Source of the DNA: Cetorhinus maximus
Taxonomy: Eukaryota
Direction: 5' to 3'
Assembly (NCBI RefSeq): GCF_964194155.1
Contig: NC_135881.1
Span: forward strand, 185,752,001-185,816,000
DNA: 64,000 nt
The notes under the pieces are model-generated. The model saw only the letters and a program-made list of their open reading frames with translations. It had not been told where the DNA came from and made no database searches. Of this stretch, positions 38,277 to 50,724 are shown piece after piece (position 1 is the stretch's first letter; each line of letters opens with the position of its first letter). Made by a program: the position numbers and the translations under genes.

Positions 38277-38371
38277 ATGATTTTAAACCAGCATCCATCG
38301 ATACCTCTTGTGAGGGTGAGCTACAGGTTGGAAAAGGTGACCAAGTCACCATAACTTTGCCACACATCCCA
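38277..38371 (+). CDS. EAF1: EAF1 exon 2
   Basis: tttcag| (Y)[31 protein letters not shown] |gtaag; 95 nt. Confidence 0.97.
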
Positions 38372-41306
38372 GTAAGTTCTTATAAATACAGGTTTTGTTC
38401 TTGTCAAATCAAAGCTGTTTCCACCTCAAATATGGTTTGGTCCACAAGATCTGTATATCAGAACATGAATAGCTTGCTGTTAATCCATCCAGCACCTAAT
38501 CCTTCCCGCTGCCTTTTGGCAATACACATTTTAAGATGTTACAAACATAAGTGCCAGATTCAGCACATTCGGCATCAGAAAGAATATTGTGAGTGAGGTG
38601 CCCAAGGCAACGTTTATTTTAATCTCAATATTTCAAATACCCTCTCGTGGCCTCTGAAAATAAAACTTCTTAAATTACAACAGGAAATTATTGTGATTGT
38701 GTGCTAGATTCCTGCTTTGGCTAGTTGTTCAGTAAAAACCCTACAATGCTTGAAGTTGTAATGAGTATTCCTCTAGGTCAGTTTCAGACTGGTTATTTGG
38801 AAGAAATTTGTCTCCCAAGTGGGTGTCATAAAATATCTTGGTGTTTCTTAAGGAGGTGGTGGATGCCAAAAGTAAAAGAGAAATTGGGAAAGGTGAGCAA
38901 TGTATGTTTGGCACTGCCTAGGAAGTGCCTCCCTAATCTGCTTCATTTTTCTCCTTTTAAGATCTTTCTTAAAATTAACCTCTTTTACCAAGGTTTTGGT
39001 CACCCTCCTGATATCTCCTGTGAAACTTGTTGGGATATTTTTCTTACATTATAAAATCAGTATAAATGCAAATACAAAGGAATATGCAGGCTGGAGACAG
39101 TTACAGAGTTAATGAGGGGTAAAGCCATTTGTAAGTAAAGATCGGATTTTGGACAACAGGGAGCTGATAGAGACTGAAAATAACAGGGTGGTGAGCAAGC
39201 AGAATTTAGTGCAGGACAGGATGTGGGTGCCAGAGTCCTGAAAAAATAGAAATTGTGAAGAATGGAACTAGGTATATCAATGAGGATGTTTTTGGAAAAC
39301 TTACAGAAGTATTGATAGGCATCTCAGCAGTGGTGGATAGATGAAGCAGACAGTATCAATTAGAGCTGAAATTCTGTTGTCATGGTGATAGGATGAATGA
39401 TTTGAAGCTTTGTTCTGGCTTAAATAATATACCAAAGTTCAATCTGCATTTAGCAGCCAGGGAGTACAATGGAACAACCAGTAAAAGTATGGAAGTTTTT
39501 GACAAGAGCCAAATAGGGTGCCTTTGTGTGATCTTCAGTTGCGGAAGTTCTGACATTGGATAATCAACCTGACAGCACTGAGATGGGCATGATGTCATGG
39601 ATGGTGATGATGGGGTAGGGCTGGCATTATCAAAATACATGTGGAAACTGGTCCCATGTCTATGGATGATGCCTCTGAAGATATCAGGTAAATGGAAACA
39701 AAAGGACCAACCCGTGGGATACTGTAGAGGTGATTGTGTGGGGTGGGAAAGAAAGAAGGACTCGCATTTATATTGTGCCCCATGGCCTCAGGACATCCCA
39801 AAGAGATTTACAGTCAATTTAAATAGTTTTTGAATTGCAGTCACTGTTGCAATGCAAGAAATACTCATCCAATTTGCACACAGCAAGGATCCACAAACAG
39901 CAATATGATCATGATCTGGTAATTTGTTCATGGGTGTTGGTTGAGGGATAAATATTGGTCAGGACACCTGGAAGACTCTCCTCTTCAAAAGAGTGCCATG
40001 AGATTCACCTGAGAGGGCTGATGTCTCCTTCAAAAGACAGCATGTCTACAGTACTACACTCCCTCAACATTACATCGGAGTATTGGCCTAGATTATGTGC
40101 TCAGTCAAGAACTCATTGCCAGAGATGCCTTGGTTATGTTGGAATAGATATTAGCAATAATGCTAGAAATAGGGTAGATAAAAGGTGGTTGCCTTGCTTT
40201 CATCTGTGGTCTTTAGTAATCTTCCCCAGTGTACCTCCAAGTATATATTTACTTGGCTGTGTGATGTCACCAAAGCTGGGATTTAGCGTAATTCTTGTTT
40301 TCTAAACAGCAAAAAGATAGGGTGTTATTAGGCAAATCGGTACTCTCAGTTTCATGGAGCAAATTAAAGGACTATAGCATGAACATTCATTTGGAAATCA
40401 TCAGATCCATTACTTAATATTGGAAAATGCCTGGTGTCCACTTAGCAGTCGTCCAGGCTAGCATATTTGAAATTGAGAATTGAATATATGGGGATCTGCG
40501 GTCCCATCACATCTTTAAGTAATATGCTGAAATATTACTGAAAGTGACTCTTGAACTTGAGCAAGTTACACTACTGGACGAACAGTGAAATTGTGTATCA
40601 CTGTTTTATAAGTTTCTGTTTCAGCGTTTGTTAGCTCCAAGTGTGTTCAATCTAGTTATTTACTACAAACTTTTTAAATTTGTATTCATTCAATAATCCC
40701 ATTATCTGTTGCGTTTTGGTAATATTTAATACTATTTCAGATAAGCGTTTTTGATTTGAAGTAAATATTCTGCTCTCTGACTTTTTCTATTCACACTACA
40801 TTAAAGAGATCACCTAAAAATTACTTGTCAGCCACCCAAAGTATTTATGCACAGATATTCCATTCCAATTTATATGAATACTCAAAAGATAGAAGTTTTG
40901 TGAATCAGTAAAGTATATTCTTTACTTCAATTAAGCAACATGGAATTATCAGATTTTCTGCACTAAATTCCAACTTTACTGTTATGGGCATTGCTTAATT
41001 AATTGCTTGATTAAAATTATTGAATAATTCAGCAATAATCAACTTGAAATTTTCAGGAGTAGAGTAGTACACAATTTTTTCAAAACAAACTTTTTCAAAT
41101 CAACTTCTAATGCACATTGTTTGTATTTTAACAGGTCTTTACCTTACCATGTAAGATGTATTTACTGAAGTAGAAATTATCTAGGACCTTTGTTAGAATA
41201 TTAATGAATATTTGGTGACTGCAGTTCTATTGTTTTGCCAATTTGAACTCTGGCACAAGCCAAAGTAAAACAAAACTACAATAATATCTGGTTTCTTGGT
41301 CACCAG

Positions 41307-41443
41307 GGCTCTACTCCACCAATGACTGTCTTCAAAGGTAATAAAAGACCATATCAGAAGGATTGTGTACTTATCATTAACCATGATACTGGGGAGTTTG
41401 TGCTTGAAAAACTCAGTAGCAGTATACAGGTGAAGAAAACCAG
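41307..41443 (+). CDS. EAF1: EAF1 exon 3
   Basis: ccag| [45 protein letters not shown] |gtgag; 137 nt. Confidence 0.97.
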
Positions 41444-41974
41444 GTGAGAATACATACCGGCTTTTAAGTTGATTTGAATAATAATTATTTTTGTGACTGA
41501 TAATATAGTATTTCTGTCAATATGATACATTGGTTATCCCATTTTTTTCTGATTTTACACTTGTATAAAATTATACAATCTAACTAACTATAATTAATAC
41601 AGTAATAGTAAATTGGGTATTTATGGAATCTAAGAACATATCACATAGAAGAAGGCTATTGAACTTTTTGTACCCATACCAGCTCTCAAAGGGCTTACTT
41701 GTTCCTCTACTCAGTCCTGATGACCTTTAAATTGTTAATTTTATTCTCCTAACATCGTCCTTTTGTTCTTTTAGTATTTATAGACACAATGGAATGAATG
41801 ATCACCTGAATTATAAATTTAATATCTTTAAAATACTCAGCTTCCAAGATTTTTGCAGATATCAGGCAGATTGCCACTTGATTTTTTTTTAAAATATCAC
41901 AATGTCGAAAAGCATTTAATGCTCACCAGTTATTTTATGGCGGCATGGTTTTTTTAATTTTTTCACACAATTTG

Positions 41975-43160
41975 GACGTCTCTGGCTAGGCCAGCATTTA
42001 TTGCACATTTCTAATTACCCTTGAGAAGGTGGCGGTGAGCCGCCATCTTGAACCTGCTATAGTCTATGAGTGTACTCCCTGTTAGGAAGAGAGTTCCAGG
42101 ATTTTGACCCAGTGACAGTGAAGAAACAGCGATACAGTTCCAAGTCAAAATTGTGTGTGGCTTGGAAGGGAACTTGCAGGTGGTGGTGTTTCCATGCATC
42201 TGCTGCCTTTGTGCTTCTTGGTGGTAGAGGTTTCAGGTTTGGGAGGTGCTGTCAAGGAAACCTTGGTGAGTTGCTGCTGTCCTTTTTGTACAAACTGCTG
42301 CCACTGTGTATTGGTAGTGGAGGGAGTGAATGTTGAAGGTAGTGGATGGGGTGCCAATCAAGTGGGCTGCCTTGTCCTGGGTGGTGACCAGCTTCTTGAG
42401 TGCTCTTGGAGCTGCATTCATCCAGGCAAGTGGAGAGTATTCCATCACGCCCCTGACTTGTGCCTTGCAGATGGTGGACAGGCTTTGGGGAGTCAGGAGG
42501 TGAGCTATTCACCGCAGAATTCCCAGCCTCTGACCTGCAATTGTAGCCACTGTATTTATATGGCTGGTCCAATTCAATTTCTGGTCCATGGTCCTGTTCC
42601 AGGATTTTGAAAGTGGGGGGATTCAGTAATGGTAATGCCATTGAATGTCAAGGGGAGATGGTTGGATTCTCCCTTGTTGGAGATGGTCATTGCCTAGCAC
42701 TAGTGTGGCGTGAATGCTACTTGCCATTTATCAGCCCAAGCCTGAATGTTATCGAGGTCTTACTGATATGGATATGGACCGCTTCAGTATCTGAAGAGTC
42801 GCGAATAGTACTGAACATTGTGCAGTCGTCAGCGAACATCCCCACTTCTGACCTTATGCTGGAGGGAAAGTCATTGATGAAGCAGCTGAATTTGTTGGGC
42901 CATCTTCCTATGACTCCAATCAGTGGAGAGTTTCCCCCCTGATTCCCATTGACTTAAATTTTGATAGGGCTCCTTGATGCCGTTCAGTCACATGCTGCCT
43001 TGATGTCAAGAGCAATCACTGTTACTTCACCTCTTGGGTTCAGCACTTTTGTCCATGTTTGGACCAAGGCTGTAATGAGGTTAGGAGCTGAGTGGCCCTG
43101 GCAGAACCCAAACTGAGGATAAGGGAGCAGGTTATTTCTGAAGTGCTGCTTAATAGCACT
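41975..43160 (-). mobile_element. CR1-group LINE 3' portion (same family as 5285-6880)
   Basis: MMEYSPLAWM...QDKAAHLIGTP and a shared 3' tail. Confidence 0.8.
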
Positions 43161-44088
43161 GTTATGTTGTTATCCAGCTATGTTCTGCAGGTATCCTAGT
43201 TTCCCCAGACAATTTTATTTTAGCCAAGATTGGATACAAAGTAATTCAGTGGATCATATGGCTGTAGTGAGTGTTCTCATCTATTTTGGTGATGTAAGTT
43301 GAAGACTTTTATTGGAAACAAACACAGTTAAAATGAATTGCAACAGGCCTTTCTAAGTGAGAGTTCAGTCCTTTGGCATTGCAGTTAAGTTCTTTTCAGA
43401 TTATAAAACAAAAATTGAGGCTTTAATTGTAAATGTGAAATTATTAAGAACCTGAAATGGTTTGTAAATGTCGTGAGTCTTGACAATGTTACACACTTAG
43501 ACACAGTACAAATTCTTGAATCTTTTCTGGTTGAATTTTTTTGTCTTCTGTTACTACCCGTGTTTTTTTTTCTAACTTTTGACAATGTGGCGTAATCATG
43601 AGAAGTTTTACAGGAATGATTCTAGAAAAAACATTGTAATGACTGCTTATTGGAGTCAGTTTTTCACAGTGATATACTTGTGCCATTGCTGATCACTACT
43701 CGAGTTATTCCTGAAAAATGTGATTATGAACATTGGGTGAAGATACAGTCTTTGTTTTGAGGCTTCCCACAACTAATTATCCTCCTGACACTCGGTGCTG
43801 GGCTCAGACATGAAGAATGGCCACTTTGAGGGCAGGTGGTACCCCTGGAACTATGCTCCATTCAGAGTTGGTTTCTTAGGAGAAGAAGCAAAAAAATGGA
43901 CATGATAAATAAGAAATGGGAACATTTTTCCCCTTCAAGATCTACTTAAGTTTTATGGAATAATTTAGATATATTCTATTTTCTACTAAAGCTGTTTTTG
44001 AGTTGGAAATGTTAAAAGATTTCTTATTGCTGTCTAATGATTGATGTCTGAATACACCCTAATGTTCAACTGCCAATAATTGTTTCAG

Positions 44089-44255
44089 AGCTGAAGGAAG
44101 CAGTAAAATCCAGGCTCAGTTGGAGTCGCAGGTGGTGCGAAGATCTCAGCCTCCTGCACAGTTTAGAGCCCCAAACAAGCCATGTCCTGGACCAAAAACG
44201 TCTCCTTCGAAGGACAACCCATCACCTGAACCACAACTTGATGACATAAAAAGAG
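44089..44255 (+). CDS. EAF1: EAF1 exon 4
   Basis: tttcag| (R)AEGSSKIQAQLESQ...FRAPNKPCPGPKTSPSKDNPSPEPQLDDIKR |gtata; 167 nt. Confidence 0.96.
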
Positions 44256-46527
44256 GTATACAAATAAAAGATCTGTGTAGGTGTCAATATGGAAACTTTT
44301 AGGAGCAGGGAAAACTGTATGATGCAACACGCCCCAACAGCTCTCTCCAACATTTTACTATTTAGTGTATATTTTCTATCCTGTTCCTCTTCCCAAAATG
44401 TATGACCTCACGTTTCTCTACAGTTTATCCATATGCCCTGCCTACAAACCTGTTTGTCCTTCTGAAGTTGTTTACAGTCGTCTTCAAAGTTGGCCAAGCT
44501 TCCCATTTCTGAGTCATCTGTAGATTTTGATAGAGATCTGAGTCCAGGTCATTCATGCATATATGTTTGATAAATAAGTATGCTGAAGAAGTGACCAATT
44601 TGGATAGACAAAGGAATACAGTAAATATACTGATGACATTTCAGAAGGTGTTTAATAAGTTACCTCGTAAGCAACTTGTTACAAAATTTCAAGCCTGGTA
44701 TATGAGCAATTGTAGCAGCATAGATAGAAAGTTTGTTGACTAACAGGAAACAGAAGGTGAGGGTAAATGAATAATCCCTTGGAATAGAAAAGCCTTAACA
44801 GTGGTGTTCCCCATCGGTCAGTACAAGTAAAGGGTTTGGCTAGTTGGGGGGTGGTTGTCAGACTTCAGGAGGTCTTGGATAGGCTAGAAGAACAGACTGG
44901 TGATTGGCAGATACAAATTATAGTAGAGAAGTGAGTTTTGTATTTTAGAGTATAGTATGCATTCAGTAGGAAAGTCATAAAAGATATGTAGCAACAGAAA
45001 GACCAGAGGTTTAAATAGCTCCTTTACAGTATGAATTCAGGTAAATCGTTATAAAAAGGCCAGTAACATTTTGGGTTTTCTAAATTGGGGCATAAAAGTT
45101 ATGAAAAATAGTTACAAGGCAATGGTCAAAGTACAGTCGAATGCTGTATGTACATTTTTGGTGCCCCATTATTTAAAAGACATTGGAGCCATAGAGGCAT
45201 ACAGCATAGATCCAACAGGAATGAGAAATTATAGTGATGGGGAGATACTTGAGATGAAAGCAAAATACAGTGGATAATGGAAATCTGAAATAAAAACAGA
45301 ACTGCTGGAAAAACTCAGCAAGTCTGGTAGCCCCTGGGGAGAGAGAAACAGAGTTAGCTTTTCAAGTCCAATATGACTCTTCTTCAGAACTCCAGATAGT
45401 TGAGATACTTGGACAGCTTCTGATAGAACAGAGGGGATGAAAAAGAGATTTTAATAGTGTCTTTTAATTATGAAGAATTTTGACTATTTCCTCCAATTAC
45501 GGGGAGACATCAATTTAAAATTATTACTGATTGAGACAGGAGTTGTTAGAGCTTGGAATGCTTTACTGCAGAGAGTAGCTAAGTAGCTCACCACCGAATC
45601 TTTTAAAAGAAAGTAGATCACTATTTGAAGTTGAGTAAGATACTTGGCTGTTGAGAGAGAATAGGACAGTTGGGTTATTTCATGGCAAAGGGCAAGTACG
45701 GACATGATGAGTCTCTTCCTGGTCTGTAAACTTCAATGGCTTGACCACTATCTGGTGGGAGACTACCATTTACATCTCTCTAGCTCAGAAAGCATCTATT
45801 AGCCACCATTGTTTCTATTCTTTAGCCAACTTCCGATTTGTTTTTTCATGCTTCCTCAATGTAAATTTTTGAGGCATAGGAACAAAGCAACAGGGGTAGA
45901 CTTCTCAGTCCCTCCGTCTTGTTCCACCTTTCTACTAGATTGTGGCTGATCGATATCTTAACTCCATTTACCCACCTTAGTTTCACATCACTTAATACCC
46001 TTGCTCAACAAAGACTTCCCAAAAATGTTAAAACTTTGATTGTTTGACCTAGCCTCAATAGCTTTTTGGGAGCTTCCAGATTTCTACTACCTTAATGTCA
46101 ATACGTCATTACCTTGAATGCACTAAAATGTAACCTTGTATGGTCAATAATATCCACCTCAGAATGATGAACATGGAGCCTAACCATATCTTTATACAGT
46201 AATTTAGCTTGTTTTCTTTGTATTAATTCTCTTTGTTTATCCAACTCAGTGGTTTGTTTTGCCTTCATTTACTGCAAACATACACTATTTGGTTTTATTA
46301 TTTTCCACCACGACCTCAAATCTCTTCTCTGTGCCCCATCATGATTGAATTCAGAAAGCATTGTCTTAGTTCCTTGTTTACAGATTAGTTTTTATAATTG
46401 TCAGTATTCAACTGCATGCACCATCTATTTGTCCTGTTTCCCAAAAGATTCAAATTTTTCTAAATTTATTTGCACTGGTCCTCATTATGTTTCTACCACT
46501 TTAGTTTAATTTACAATTGAAGTCTTG

Positions 46528-47167
46528 GGGCAGGCTTTTCTGGTCGGCGAGCGGGGGCGGGGCCCGCTCGCCGACGCGTAAAATGACGCGAGGATACCTT
46601 GGGCATGCGTCCCGACATCACCCCACATCATTTAGATTTTCAGTTTGGTGGGCACGCAGCCGATTCGGCTGCGCACCCGCTGAACTGTCAGCAGCCTATT
46701 AAGGCCATTAATAGACTAATTAACTTGATTGACGGACCTGCCCGTCCAAGCTTAGGGTTGGCGGGCAGGCCGGGAGCCCAGGTGGGCCTCGGAAAAAGCA
46801 TGAAACCTCATCCACGGGCAGGATGAGGTTTCATGAGGGCTTTTAAATGTTTATCAAATGTTTAAATATAAGTTAAGGACATGTCCCAACTCATGTGACA
46901 GTGTCACATGAGGGGACACCGCCAGGGAAATTTTTAAATTACCTTTCTGTCAACTTTTGAATCGGAGCCGATCTCCCTGAGGCAGCACTTTGCCTCAGGA
47001 AGATCTGTGCGCTCTTTCGCATAGTGCTTCCTGGCGCACGTCACGCTGGGTTAATTGGCCTGCCCACGTAAAATGGTGGCACCCCACCGACTGGGGGCGC
47101 CAGTCGGAAGGCCGGACACCGGTGCCTGCTCCCGCACTTCCCCTCCGACGGGGGGATAATGTTCCCC
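46528..47167. mobile_element. Harbinger-like MITE with 3-bp TTG duplication
   Basis: ttg|gggcaggcttttc ... gataatgttcccc|ttg; homologous to 15831-16482. Confidence 0.65.
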
Positions 47168-47309
47168 TTGGTTTCAGTTCCGTTATGGATCTGCTTATGT
47201 CTGTGATTACAATCTCTCTAATAGCAGAAGCAATGACCCTCCTTATTTTCAAAAAGAAGGTAAAGAAATAGCTCTGTGTGTGAACAAAATAGTTTTGTTT
47301 ATGCTTGAC

Positions 47310-48050
47310 CAGGAACATCGGAGCAGGAGTAGGCCATTCAAGCCTGCTCCACCATTCAATATGATCATGGCTGTTCCTTCCACTTCAATAACTTTTTCCC
47401 CACAGTATCCCCATTTCCCTTTATGTCATTGGCATTTAGAAATCTGTCAATCTCAACTTTAAACATACTCAATTACTGAGCTTCCATGGCCCTCTGAGGT
47501 AGAGAATTCCAAAGGTTCACAACCCTCTGAGTAAATAAAATTCTCTTCATCTCAGTCCTAAGTGGCTTCCCCCTTTCCTTGAAATTGTGTCCCCTGGTTC
47601 TAGACTCCCCAACCAGGGGAAACATCTTACCTGCACCTACCCTGTCTATCCCTTTAAGTATTTTGTAGGTTTCAGTGAGTTCACCTTCATTCTTTGAAAC
47701 TTAGAGAATACAGGCGCAGTTTCCCCAATCTCTCTTCATAGGATAGTCCTGTCATCTTGGGAACAAGTGTGGTGAACCTTCGTTGCACTCTCTCTATGGC
47801 AATAATATCCTTCCTAAGATAAGGGGACCAAAACTGCACACACTACTCCAGGTATTGTCTAACCAAACTTCTATACAATTGAAGCAACACTTCACTATTC
47901 CTGTACTCAAACCCTCTTGTGATAAATGCCAACATACCATTAGCCTTCCAAATTGCCTGCTACACCTGCATGTTAGCCTTCAGTGACTTATTGACAAGGA
48001 CACCAGGTCCTTTTGTACTTCTACACTTTCTAATCTCTTACCATTTAATC
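47310..48050 (-). mobile_element. CR1 LINE 3' fragment
   Basis: Reverse complement of the 3' sequence seen at 11845-12245 and 26905-27830. Confidence 0.8.
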
Positions 48051-48443
48051 AAAGATTTTGCAAAAGGAGTTCATTATTTTTTTCCTCCCATTGATAACTG
48101 TAACTATCACAGACATATTTTTTTCTTTAAAATGTATGGCCTGGTTCTATTTACTACAGGTGATCAGAATTACACGGTGATGATATGTCCATGGATTTCA
48201 GCTTTATGGCATAAGGCATTGAAGGTGGAAAAGGATAGATTTTTAAATGAACTTGATCATTAATATAGTTTTAAATTGTTGCCTTTATTTTGCTGTATTC
48301 TATCCTTCCCTATTGAAAATGTTTATTGTTAATGCAAAAACAAGGCACAATGTCTTAGAAAGATTGAGCTACATCTCTTCAAACAAAGCCAGTGAATTTA
48401 GAGCTGATATCCTCTGTTAATAGTTTTTTCTTCCCCATCCTAG

Positions 48444-48728
48444 AATTGAGAGCTGAAGTTGATATTATTGAACAGATGAGTAGCAGCAGTAGTTCCTCAG
48501 ATTCAGGAAGTTCCTCTGGCAGTGATGACAGCTCTAGCAGTGATGTCGAAAATGAAGCTCACCCCTCCTCTACACCACCACAGATGCAACCCCAACAGCA
48601 ACCCCAAGCCCAACCCCAGCCCCAACAGCAACAGCAGCCACAACAGCCATACCAGCAGTACAGTAACAGAAATGCTGCTACAAATGGCACCAGCAGACCA
48701 GGAAGCAATCAGCTTATGAGCACACTGA
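48444..48728 (+). CDS. EAF1: EAF1 exon 5 (Ser/acidic region and P/Q tract)
   Basis: cctag| (E)LRAEVDIIEQMSSSSSSSDSGSSSGSDD...NGTSRPGSNQLMSTL |gtaag; 285 nt. Confidence 0.96.
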
Positions 48729-49101
48729 GTAAGTATGCAGTGCTTATCTGCATTCTTCATTACTTGTGGTTGTACAAGATACCAAGTTTATGTTCCGCTT
48801 TCCTTCTGTGCAATACGTGTTTGTAATTAGATGCATGGCCCTTAATTAGTCAATATCAAGCGAAAGTAAAAGCTGCTGATGCCAATGTGAACATGTTTGT
48901 TTATGGCAAGAATGCCCCAAACCGGTTGGTTATTGCCCAGAGTATTGCCCACTGTCTGCAGTGATTACATAGTTTTCAAAAATGTCCTGAAAAGCTACAG
49001 ATATCCCCAGTTCCTATCCAAAGGCAACTTTTTATCTCCTGTTTGAGAATGTCAGCAGTGAAAATGAACCTTAATCAAATATCCTTAATTTTGATGTCTT
49101 A

Positions 49102-50190
49102 TAGCAAGCATTCTCAATCTTTAGCTTCTCGACCCCAGCCACCCTCACCCCCCCCGTGTTTTTCCACAGACCCCATTAACATAAGTATTTTTATGTATAA
49201 AAATTAGTTATACAATTAAACATTTATATTTATTATTTTTGTTTTATTTAATGGGAAACTTGGATATCCTGAGGAATTTGCCCCAGCTTCCATCATAAAA
49301 TTATGAGTAATATATCTCATTAAGACCTGTATGTTTCTAAACCCATGCAAAACTTGACATAAGTAGAGATATGTACAAAAATATTAATAAATATTCAACA
49401 TTTAAGTTGGGGAAAGGTATCAAAAGCGGTTTTGTTAATTTTTAATCGCTGGAAAGTTTGCAACCAAAAGTCCAACAAGATCTTGCAGGAGGTCCAGACA
49501 TGGCATAAGAAGATAGCAGCTTTGCAGCAGAAAAATAAATGCGGCTTATACTGTAGTCACTTAAAGAATTGCATTGTTTTCAAATAGTTATTACAATAAA
49601 ATCCAGTTTTTATAATAACAAAAGCCAAAAACGGCACACACCTTGTTAAGGCCGGTCTGTCCACCCGACCTGTCAGTATTATTAATTTACACCAGCTGGA
49701 TTGTTTCCCTCTTGTTGCATGCTGCAGACTCTGTAATGGCTGCAGTGCGTTTGGTCTTCAGATGCAGCCAGTAACTGGGTTGCACTCAGCAATTTTACAC
49801 ACAATTTCTATGTCTACATTGTCATATTTAATGCAGAGGGACTGTGCCATCTTCTCATCCACCTTGAAGAGAGCAAGAGGTCCTGACTACTCCTGCAAGT
49901 CTATGTTGTGCCGTTATTGCGGACAACCTGGGCTCAGATTATGTGAACTGGCACATGAGCTACATTGTAGCAGATTGAGATATTCCTGATAGGCTCTGCA
50001 CTCCTCACCCTCAAGCCTTATTAGTTGCACTGAGTTGTTTTCCCACTGCTTCACCCTCCCCACTCTAAATAGGGTTCAAAGGGCTTTGAGGTGGAGGCAA
50101 AAAGCAGTATCAACTGGGATTTTAATTTTGATTGATCCTTTGAAACCTCATAGACACCTATGGGGCTGCGTACCTGTGGGTGAGAACCCT
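49102..50190. mobile_element. Possible old hAT-like DNA element
   Basis: Ends gcattctcaa...ctcgacccc and ggggctgcg...tgagaaccct resemble degenerate inverted hAT/Charlie termini. Confidence 0.3.
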
Positions 50191-50677
50191 ATCCTACAAG
50201 ACTTGTGAACAGTAGGACACTAATACTTTGCTGTGATACATTAGTTTCTATCTAATTCTTAGGTAGCACTGTCCATGAAATGTATAGGATAACGAATAGT
50301 CAGCTACCTGAGGTTTTTCTTCTAACTATAGAATAGCTTATTACGGGAGTACTCCTGCGAATCCCACTTACAAGATTTGGACTTCCACCGTAGGCCCCAC
50401 TTCCCATTGACAAAATTCTCCTGGGGCCCCTCCCCATGACTTGCCTGGTGGCCTTTGGGCTGTCTGATCCTCGTAGGTCCAAATCAGTTGAGCTACCTCT
50501 AGATGTCCTTTTCAGGTTGGCAGCTGGCTTGCAGGATCCTACTGCAGCTCCCAGGCAGGTGGCCTAGCCAGTACTTAATGCTCCCCCTATAGGAGAGGAT
50601 TAGCTACAAAGTAAAAATAGATGTGAAAAGCTACATAAAAGTTGCTTGCTGTATATAACATGAACCTTTATTTTTAG

Positions 50678-50724
50678 GAAATGACTTGCAATTGAGTGAA
50701 TCTGGAAGCGACAGTGATGATTGA
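50678..50724 (+). CDS. EAF1: EAF1 exon 6 (stop)
   Basis: tttttag| (R)NDLQLSESGSDSDD* matches the human C-terminus; total CDS 834 nt = 277 aa. Confidence 0.97.

Noticed and set aside
42011-42942. Cluster of 60-150 aa ORFs (also 5359-6896 and 58104-58919)
   Set aside because: Alternative frames of decayed LINE copies.
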